18,852 nt of DNA, taken from Planctomycetota bacterium. GTDB lineage: Bacteria > Planctomycetota > SZUA-567 > H5-PLA8. Made by a program: the position numbers and the translations under genes. The stretch lies in assembly GCA_045863855.1 (NCBI GenBank), contig BTVV01000119.1:1-18852 (forward strand). The letters run 5' to 3'. Shown here one piece after another: positions 8,087 through 15,028 of this stretch (the stretch's first letter is position 1; each line of letters starts with the position of its first letter). The notes beneath the pieces were generated by a model. The model was given only the letters and a program-made list of their open reading frames with translations, was not told the origin of the DNA and made no database searches.

Positions 8087-9340
8087 ATGCCAACCTTCAT
8101 GTATGAAGCGATGGACAGTCAAGGCAACACGGTCAAAGATACCGTGGAAGCCGCTTCAGAGAAGGAGGCGAACGACAAGATCCGGGCGATGAATTTTTAC
8201 CCGACCAAAGTTCAATCCCAAGGCGGTGGCGGAGGCAACGCGGGGCTGGCGACGCCGACGGCGGTGGCGCGCAAGCGCGGCGGGATCTCGTTCAACTTCG
8301 GCGTACCGAACAAGCAATTGACGGAGTTCACGCGGCAGTTCGCGACGTTGCTCGACGCGGGTCTTCCGGTGGTGCGCAGCCTGGACATTTTGCATAACAA
8401 CTTGCGCCCGAGTCTGCTGAAGGACGTGATCGCGGACGTGAAGGAAGACGTGGAAGGCGGTTCGGCGCTTTCGGAATCGCTCTCCAAACATCCCAAAGCC
8501 TTCGACAAGCTATACGTGAACATGGTCAAGGCCGGTGAGGCGGCGGGTATTCTCGACCAGATTCTTTCGCGCTTGGCCGACTACCTCGAAAAAGCTCAGC
8601 GCCTGAAGCAGAAGATCGTCGGCGCGCTGACCTATCCGGCGGCGGTCATCTCGATCGCATTCGCGATTCTCGCGCTGATCATGATTTTCATCATTCCGAA
8701 GTTCGAGCAGATGTTCATCGACATGGATTTGGGCGAGATGCCCTTCATGACCACGCTGCTGCTGGGCATGGCGAACACGCTGGTGAACTTCTGGTACCTG
8801 CTGCTGCTGGTGCCGTTCGTGATCTGGGGTGCGTACACCGGGATCTGCAAGACGAACCAGGGGCGCTACTTCTTCGACATGGTGAAGCTCAAGTTCCCGA
8901 TCTTTGGCCTGATCGTCTCAAAGTCCTCGGTGAGCCGCTTCTGCCGGACGCTGGGCACGCTGATTCAGTCGGGCGTGCCGATCTTGAACGCGCTGGCGAT
9001 CATCAAGAACGCGACGGGCAACGTGGTGGTGGCGACGGCGATCGAGAGCGTGCACAACTCGATTCGCGAAGGCGACACGATCGCCGAACCGCTGCGGCAT
9101 TCGGGCGTTTTCGACGACTTGGTGGTGAACATGATCCAGGTCGGTGAGGAAACCGGCGAACTGGACAAGATGTTGATCAAGGTCGCCGACACATATGACA
9201 GCGAAGTGGATACGCTGGTGGGTTCGCTGATGAGCCTGCTCGAGCCGATCCTGATCATCGGCATGGGCGGCACGGTCGGCTTTATCGTCATCGCACTGTT
9301 CCTGCCCATGATCACCATGATGGAACGCATGGGCAAGTAA
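8087..9340 (+). CDS. pilC: Type IV pilus / T2SS inner-membrane platform protein (PilC/GspF family)
   Basis: SD AGGAGG at 8073-8078. Motifs FTRQFATLLDAGLP, FDKLYVNMVKAGEAAGILD, ALTYP, SRFCRTLGTLIQSGVPIL, MIQVGEETGELDKML, SLLEP. Two T2SSF repeats and three TM helices. Confidence 0.95.
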   Translation: MPTFMYEAMDSQGNTVKDTVEAASEKEANDKIRAMNFYPTKVQSQGGGGGNAGLATPTAVARKRGGISFNFGVPNKQLTEFTRQFATLLDAGLPVVRSLDILHNNLRPSLLKDVIADVKEDVEGGSALSESLSKHPKAFDKLYVNMVKAGEAAGILDQILSRLADYLEKAQRLKQKIVGALTYPAAVISIAFAILALIMIFIIPKFEQMFIDMDLGEMPFMTTLLLGMANTLVNFWYLLLLVPFVIWGAYTGICKTNQGRYFFDMVKLKFPIFGLIVSKSSVSRFCRTLGTLIQSGVPILNALAIIKNATGNVVVATAIESVHNSIREGDTIAEPLRHSGVFDDLVVNMIQVGEETGELDKMLIKVADTYDSEVDTLVGSLMSLLEPILIIGMGGTVGFIVIALFLPMITMMERMGK

Positions 9341-9359
9341 GGACAACGAACCGGTTGTC

Positions 9360-9396
9360 ACGGGGCGCTCCGTTGTATGGGCGCCTCGTCTTTTTT
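9360..9396 (+). terminator. Intrinsic terminator after pilC
   Basis: ACGGGGCGCTC-(8-nt loop)-GGGCGCCTCGT forms an 11-bp stem with two G:U pairs, followed by CTTTTTT. Confidence 0.8.
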
Positions 9397-9449
9397 GGGG
9401 GCTTGAGCAACCTGTCGCTTGGGGTTCGCCGCCCGCTGGGAGCCCGTAC

Positions 9450-9932
9450 ATGCAGGTCACGAGAGCCGTCGATTACGGGTTGCGCGCGCTGGTGCTGATG
9501 TCACGCGAGCCTCAAGGCGCCCGCTTCTTCCTGCAAGATCTGGCCGAGCGCGCCGACTTGCCGCGCAATTACCTGGTCAAGATTCTCAAAAGCTTGGCGA
9601 GCAGCGGGATCGTGCGTTCGCACCGCGGGATTAAGGGCGGCTTCAGCCTCGCGCGCGAGCCGAAGGATATCAGTATCCGGCACGTGGTCGAAGCGATCGA
9701 CGGTCCGGTGGTCGTGATGCACTGCCTCACCGACAACCAGTCTTGCGCGTATGTGGGTCGCTACGCCATCGAAGTCTTTTTTGGCGACCTGCGCGGCAAG
9801 ATTCTCGAGGACCTCCAGAATAAGAGCCTCCAAGACATCATCCAGCTTCAGGGTCAGCTCGACGGCGGAGCGTGCCCGTGCCACGGCGAGCCGTGCGCGG
9901 CCGAGGCCGAGGCTCCCAGCCAAACGGCCTGA
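9450..9932 (+). CDS. Rrf2-family transcriptional regulator
   Basis: MQVTRAVDYGLRAL, YLVKILKSLASSGIVRSHRGIKGGFSLAREPKDISIRHVVEAIDG (wHTH signature). SD GGGAG upstream. Cys92 and Cys99 plus a C-terminal CPCHGEPC. Confidence 0.95.
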   Translation: MQVTRAVDYGLRALVLMSREPQGARFFLQDLAERADLPRNYLVKILKSLASSGIVRSHRGIKGGFSLAREPKDISIRHVVEAIDGPVVVMHCLTDNQSCAYVGRYAIEVFFGDLRGKILEDLQNKSLQDIIQLQGQLDGGACPCHGEPCAAEAEAPSQTA

Positions 9933-10053
9933 CGCCTCGCTCGCGCCGGTCTTCCGTCTGGCCTGCGCGCACGCTAGAAATCCATCGACCACACTAGCTC
10001 CTCCGAACGCCGTACCGGTGTATTCTTCTTTATCCGATTCCGCGAGGCCGGCC

Positions 10054-11931
10054 ATGCGTTCGATGCTGATCACGATTCTGCTCGCGTGGCCCTTGTCGGG
10101 GCACGGCGCCGAAGCATGGGGCCGGCGCATCCCGGATGTACGAACGCTGGGCGAAGCGCCGCCTGCTCCGGCCTTCGAGTTGCGGGACACCGGAGCGCGC
10201 ATACTCGATTACGAAAAGTTCGGGCGCTTCGAGAACGCCGGCAGCGTGGCGTTCGCCTATGTCGCCGCGGACGCGGCCAAGCTGGCGGAGGCCGCGGGCG
10301 CCGGCATCCCGCCCAACTCAAAACACACGTCCGAACCCGGCTATCTCGAACTGAAAGCCGCCGGAAAGCTGGCGCAACCGTCCAATCCTTGGAGCGTGCA
10401 CGGTGGAAACGATCACCGTCTGGCGTACTACACGTGGCTGGACGCGCGCGAAGATCCCGGGGTTCGGCTGTTTTTCGCGGCAAGCCACCTGCGCGCGGGC
10501 GGGCACTTGACCCAAGCGATCAAGGCGTATCACGCCTGCATCGTCCAGCACCCCCAATCGGTCTGCTGGGGCGGCAACGGCTCCTACGCGTGGTCGATCG
10601 CCGACGCGGCATGGGGCGCCATCGCGAATCTGGAAGCGGCGTATCCGGACTTGGGTCTCACGCTGCAAGGCTGCTCGGTGAAGCGCGTGGACGACAAGGC
10701 GGTGAAGCACGGCTTCCGCATGGCCGTCACGCCGGGCCGGATCGTCGAAACCGCGGGCGCAGCCGGAGCAGCCGAAGTCAAGATCCCCGCCCCCGCTGGT
10801 AAAGCACGCACAGAAATCGTCCGCGACAGCGCGGGACATTGGCGGCTGCTGGTGGAGGGCAAGCCCTTTCTCGTACAAGGCGTCAGCTACGGCGTCACGC
10901 CGTTGGGCGAAGTACCCTGGAAGTTCAAAGGCATCGCGCAGTCCGACCGCAATCAGAACGGCACGATCGATATCTTCGACTCCTATATCGACGCCAACGC
11001 CAATAACCGGCGCGATGAGGACGAGCCCGTCACCGGCGATGCGCGCATCTTGCACGAACTGGGCGCGAACACCATCCGGCAATACGTGGGCCCGGATGTC
11101 GAAGTGGACGTGTACCGGCGCATGTACCGCGAAGGTGGCGTGCGGGTGCTGGCGGGGGATTTCTTCGGCGCGTACTGCGTCGGCTCGGGCGCCCAATGGG
11201 ATGAAGGCACGGACTACACGAATCCCGAACAGCGCAAGAAGATGCTCGATCGGTTGCGCCAGACCGTCGAAAAGCTGAAGAACGAGGAATGGGTGTTGAT
11301 GTGGTTGCTGGGCAACGAGAACAACCTGCCCGGAAACTACAACGGCGTCAACGCGACGCGCACCAACGCCGCGCAGCATCCCGAAGCGTACGCCACGCTG
11401 CTCGAAGAAGGCGCGAAGCTGATTCACGAACTGGACGGCCGTCCTGTGGGCGTGGGCAACGTGAATCTGGGGCTGGTGGAATTCTACGCGAAGCATGCAC
11501 CGAGCCTGGACTACATCGGGGTGAACAGCTATCCCGGCCCCGACGGTTTCGGGACGCTCTGGCATCACGCCCAGGCGGCCATCGAGAAACCGATCTTGAT
11601 CACCGAATTCGGTTGCGTCTCGTACGACCCCGATCCGGCGACAGGCGAAGCGAAGCAGGCGGCCTACCTGCGCGGGACGTGGCGCAATATCGTGTATCAC
11701 ACGGCCGGAAATCCAGGCCGCGGCAACGCACTGGGCGGACTGGTCTTTTCGTATCTCGACGAATGGTGGAAAGATACGCACGCAGACAACAATCCGAATA
11801 CGCACTCCACCCGCGACGACGGCAAGGAAGAGTGGTTCGGAGTGCTGAGCATGGGGGACGGCAGCGACAGTCCCTTCTTGCGCCGCAAAAAGCGGAGCTT
11901 CGGCGTGCTGCAGGAGCTTTGGAAGAAGTAA
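10054..11931 (+). CDS. Secreted clan GH-A (GH2-like TIM barrel) glycoside hydrolase with N-terminal helical domain
   Basis: ATG10054 gives a signal-like MRSMLITILLAWPLSGHGAEA; the track start at 9751 overlaps rrf2. Motifs LLVEGKPFLVQGVSY, LGANTIRQY, WLLGNEN (acid/base Glu at 11317), KPILITEFG (nucleophile Glu at 11605), GGLVFSYLDEWWK, EEWFGV. Confidence 0.85.
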   Translation: MRSMLITILLAWPLSGHGAEAWGRRIPDVRTLGEAPPAPAFELRDTGARILDYEKFGRFENAGSVAFAYVAADAAKLAEAAGAGIPPNSKHTSEPGYLELKAAGKLAQPSNPWSVHGGNDHRLAYYTWLDAREDPGVRLFFAASHLRAGGHLTQAIKAYHACIVQHPQSVCWGGNGSYAWSIADAAWGAIANLEAAYPDLGLTLQGCSVKRVDDKAVKHGFRMAVTPGRIVETAGAAGAAEVKIPAPAGKARTEIVRDSAGHWRLLVEGKPFLVQGVSYGVTPLGEVPWKFKGIAQSDRNQNGTIDIFDSYIDANANNRRDEDEPVTGDARILHELGANTIRQYVGPDVEVDVYRRMYREGGVRVLAGDFFGAYCVGSGAQWDEGTDYTNPEQRKKMLDRLRQTVEKLKNEEWVLMWLLGNENNLPGNYNGVNATRTNAAQHPEAYATLLEEGAKLIHELDGRPVGVGNVNLGLVEFYAKHAPSLDYIGVNSYPGPDGFGTLWHHAQAAIEKPILITEFGCVSYDPDPATGEAKQAAYLRGTWRNIVYHTAGNPGRGNALGGLVFSYLDEWWKDTHADNNPNTHSTRDDGKEEWFGVLSMGDGSDSPFLRRKKRSFGVLQELWKK

Positions 11932-11964
11932 GCCGAACGCCCGGACCGATCTGCTACCGCCCGA

Positions 11965-12717
11965 CTACGCTTCCGGGCCGGCTGCCTGCCCCGGCGCTTG
12001 CGGCGGGCGAATCGACGGGCGCGGACCCGAACCGCCTTCGCGGCTGCCGGGCGGTTTGAACTCGTCCGTCCGGTGCCGCACGATCTCGCCGTCGATCATG
12101 TAAATCACATCTTCGGCGATGTTCGTCGCGTGGTCGGCGATTCGCTCCAGATGCCGGGAGACGGCCAGGAAGTTGATCAGCTCGTCCACATTTTCGGGAT
12201 GCGCCCGCATCGCTTCGCGCACGGTTTCGAACATGTGGCGGTCCAGGGCATCGACTTCGTCGTCCGCGGCGCAGACCTGACGCGCCAGCGGCGCGTCGAG
12301 ATAGATCAAAGCGTCCAGCGCTCGCTTGACCATACTCTGCGCCTTCTCGGCCATCCCGTAAAAGTCGAAGGGGATATCCACGTTGCGGTGGTCGGCCAGA
12401 TACGTCCCACGTTCGGCGATGTTGACCGCCAGGTCTCCGATGCGCTCGAGATCGTTGTTAATCTTCAGCACCGCGACAATGAAACGCAGGTCGTTCGCCA
12501 CGGGCTGATGCAGCGCCAGAATCTTGAGGCACTCTTCTTCGACATCCACCTCGCGATGGTCGATCTCGGGGTCGTCCTTGAGCACCTCATGCGCCAACGT
12601 CCCGTCGCGGCGTTCGATGGAGGCCACCGATTTGTGCAGGACGTCCTCGACCAGCGCGCTCAGCTCTAAGAGCATTTTTTTTAGGCGATCGAACTCTTTG
12701 TGCAGACGTTTTGGCAT
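11965..12717 (-). CDS. phoU: Phosphate signalling complex protein PhoU
   Basis: ATG12717 preceded by GGGAG. Motifs DPEIDHREVDVEEECLKILALHQPVANDLR, NNDLERIGDLAVNIA, DDEVDALD, HLERIADHATNIAEDVIY. Pro/Gly-rich tail. Confidence 0.97.
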   Translation of the reverse strand: MPKRLHKEFDRLKKMLLELSALVEDVLHKSVASIERRDGTLAHEVLKDDPEIDHREVDVEEECLKILALHQPVANDLRFIVAVLKINNDLERIGDLAVNIAERGTYLADHRNVDIPFDFYGMAEKAQSMVKRALDALIYLDAPLARQVCAADDEVDALDRHMFETVREAMRAHPENVDELINFLAVSRHLERIADHATNIAEDVIYMIDGEIVRHRTDEFKPPGSREGGSGPRPSIRPPQAPGQAAGPEA

Positions 12718-12903
12718 GTGCGCTCCCAGGCGGAACTTAGAACATTTAACCGCGGTGTAGACGAGATAAAAGAACCGAAAAGTAAAGGTATTCGACTCCC
12801 CGGCACGCGGCCTCGTCATAAGCCCCGAAGTTTCATGTTACTACATACCCTGAAACAAGATAGATCGATCCCTTAGGGACTTCAGAAAGGCTCCCCCTGC
12901 CAT

Positions 12904-12932
12904 TTGACAAGGCACCCCTAAGTCTTTATGAA
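12904..12932 (+). promoter_or_regulatory. Sigma70-type promoter for the DUF47-pit operon
   Basis: Perfect TTGACA (12904-12909), 17-bp spacer, TATGAA (12927-12932; 4/6 match), about 40 nt before the DUF47 ATG. Confidence 0.55.
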
Positions 12933-12952
12933 CTCTTTTCCAAATCTTAACT
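12920..12952 (+). repeat. Three 11-bp-phased direct repeats (AAnTCTT), Pho-box-like candidate operator
   Basis: AAGTCTTTATG (12920), AACTCTTTTCC (12931) and AAATCTTAACT (12942) show an exact 11-bp period and overlap the -10 element and putative +1. Confidence 0.5.
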
Positions 12953-12973
12953 CTTGGGGATGGTGGGACCACG

Positions 12974-13597
12974 ATGCTGTTTGGGTCAAAGGACAAGCAC
13001 TTCTTCGACCTCTTCGAGCGCGCCGCGGAGAACATGGTTCGAACCGCGGAGCTGTTCAAGGAGATGCTGACCGAGTTCGACCGGCGCCAGGAAATTCTAG
13101 GCGCTATTCGAGAAGCCGAACACCGCGGCGACGCGATTACCCACGAGACCATTACGCGTCTCGACCAGACCTTCATCACGCCGCTGGACCGCGAAGACAT
13201 TCACCACCTGATCGCCGAGACGGACGAGGTGGTTGACCTGCTGGACTGCGCGGCGCAGCGGATCGTGCTGTACAAGGTCAGCCGGCCGACGGAAGACTAC
13301 GTCAAGCAGGCCCAGATCGCGCTGGAGACCGCGCGGATGCTGGCCGATGCCATTCGCGCGTTGCGCACGCTCAAAAAGCCGGAGCAACTTTCGGATTTGC
13401 TGATCCGCATCCACGGTTGGGAAAACAAGGGCGACGAACTGTACCACGCCATGCTCGCACGCCTCTTCGAAGACTACCGGCATGATCCGATCTTCGTGAT
13501 TCAGTGGAAAGAACTCTACGAACTGGTCGAATCCGCGATCGACGCATGCGAGACGGTGGCGCATGTGATCCGCTCGATCATGGTCAAGAACGCTTAA
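12974..13597 (+). CDS. DUF47 (PhoU-like) Pit accessory/regulator protein
   Basis: KDKHFFDLFE, EHRGDAITHE, LDQTFITPLDREDIHHL, ENKGDELY, IQWKELYELVESAIDACE, MVKNA are all DUF47/YkaA signatures. Lies directly upstream of pit. Confidence 0.95.
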   Translation: MLFGSKDKHFFDLFERAAENMVRTAELFKEMLTEFDRRQEILGAIREAEHRGDAITHETITRLDQTFITPLDREDIHHLIAETDEVVDLLDCAAQRIVLYKVSRPTEDYVKQAQIALETARMLADAIRALRTLKKPEQLSDLLIRIHGWENKGDELYHAMLARLFEDYRHDPIFVIQWKELYELVESAIDACETVAHVIRSIMVKNA

Positions 13598-13626
13598 CTG
13601 CGACTCCTGGACGGTAGGCCATCGAG

Positions 13627-15009
13627 ATGCCCGAGTTCAGCCTGCTACTCTGGACCGTGATCGTCACGGCTCTGATATTCGATTTCGTCAACGGTTGGAA
13701 CGATTCGGCCAATTCTATCGCGACGGTGGTAGGCACCCGCGTGCTCTCGCCGATGCGCGCCGTACTGCTGGCCGCGGCGCTGAACTTGGTCGGCTCTTTC
13801 ATGGGCCAGGCCGTCGCGCAGACGGTGGCCGGGTCGATCGTCGATCCCGATATGGTCTCCCACACCGTCCTGATCGCCGCGATGGGCGGCGCGATTATCT
13901 GGGCGGCGGCCATGACGATGATCGGCATGCCCATCTCCGGATCGCATTCGCTTTTGGGCGGGTTTCTCGGAGCCGCGGTGGCCAAGGCGGGCATTCAGGT
14001 CGTCTTTACTGGCGGCGTCGTCACTATCCTCGCGGCCATGCTCATTTCGCCCATCCTCGGCTTCTTGTTCGCGGAATTCATCTACAAACTGATTGCCACT
14101 TTCTTTTCGCACTCGGCCCCCGGTCCCACCGGCCGCCTTTTTGGGCGACTCCAAATCGTCAGCGTTTCCGCAATGTCGCTGATGCACGGCGCCAACGATG
14201 CGCAGAAGGTAATGGGTATCATCACGCTGGGATTATTGCTTGGGGGCCATCAGGATACGTTGGACGTACCATTCTGGGTGGTAATTGCCTGCGGAATGTC
14301 CATTTCGCTCGGCACCGCACTGGGCGGCTGGAAGGTGATTAAAACGCTGGGCCACGGGCTATCGCGGCTCAAGCCCGTGGACGGCTTCGCTGCCGAGACA
14401 GGCGCGAGCCTTATTCTACTCTTTGTCGCCAAGCTGGGTGTGCCGGTAAGCACCACGCATACGATCACCGGCTCGATTTTAGGCGTGGGTGCGACGCGGG
14501 GACTGGGCGCCGTGCGCTGGGGCCTGGGACAGAAGATTCTGCTCGCCTGGGTCTTTACGCTGCCGTCCACGATGGCGCTGGGCGGCGGATTGTATTGGGC
14601 GCTCTGGGCCGCAGCCGGGCTGGACCACGAACCGCCCGCGCCCTGGAAAGCGCAGATCGAACAGACGCCCGATGGCGCCATCGCGCTGCACTGGCCAGAG
14701 GTGGAAGGGGCGGAGTCCTATTCCGTATACCGCTACCGCCGCATCGACCCCGCGGCCGAAGCCAAGCACATGGAACGCCGCAGCAAAAAGAAGAGCTACC
14801 GGTTCTCGAAGCATGTGCCGAAACCCGAACGCGAGGCGCTCGTCGCCGAAGGACTGAGCGAAGCGCGCTGCGTCGACACCCGCGCCGATCCCACGAAGCA
14901 TTACATTTACCGGCTGCGAGCGGTGAATGCGCACGGCGGCTCGCGGCTTTCCGAGGAATTCGAGTACATAGCCCCGGAGCCCAAAGCGGCGCCCCCAGAC
15001 GAACCGTAA
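13627..15009 (+). CDS. pit: Inorganic phosphate transporter (PiT/PHO4 family) with C-terminal FN3-like domain
   Basis: PiT signatures FDFVNGWNDSANSIAT and HGANDAQKVMG, plus PISGSHSL, GGWKVIKTLG, PVSTTH, AVRWG. About 128 extra C-terminal residues from 14623. Confidence 0.95.
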   Translation: MPEFSLLLWTVIVTALIFDFVNGWNDSANSIATVVGTRVLSPMRAVLLAAALNLVGSFMGQAVAQTVAGSIVDPDMVSHTVLIAAMGGAIIWAAAMTMIGMPISGSHSLLGGFLGAAVAKAGIQVVFTGGVVTILAAMLISPILGFLFAEFIYKLIATFFSHSAPGPTGRLFGRLQIVSVSAMSLMHGANDAQKVMGIITLGLLLGGHQDTLDVPFWVVIACGMSISLGTALGGWKVIKTLGHGLSRLKPVDGFAAETGASLILLFVAKLGVPVSTTHTITGSILGVGATRGLGAVRWGLGQKILLAWVFTLPSTMALGGGLYWALWAAAGLDHEPPAPWKAQIEQTPDGAIALHWPEVEGAESYSVYRYRRIDPAAEAKHMERRSKKKSYRFSKHVPKPEREALVAEGLSEARCVDTRADPTKHYIYRLRAVNAHGGSRLSEEFEYIAPEPKAAPPDEP

Positions 15010-15028
15010 TGCCGGTACGCCGTGCGCG

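Noticed and set aside
9751..10053. 101-aa N-terminal extension of the GH ORF
   Set aside because: Overlaps rrf2 and has non-protein-like composition; ATG10054 yields a signal peptide.
12791..12803. TTCGACTCCCCGG resembling a tRNA T-arm or att remnant
   Set aside because: No complementary 5' T-stem, no cloverleaf or CCA end, and no integrase nearby.
12718..12819. 34-aa N-terminal extension of PhoU
   Set aside because: ATG12717 has a GGGAG SD and matches the normal PhoU start; the extension is AT-rich promoter DNA.
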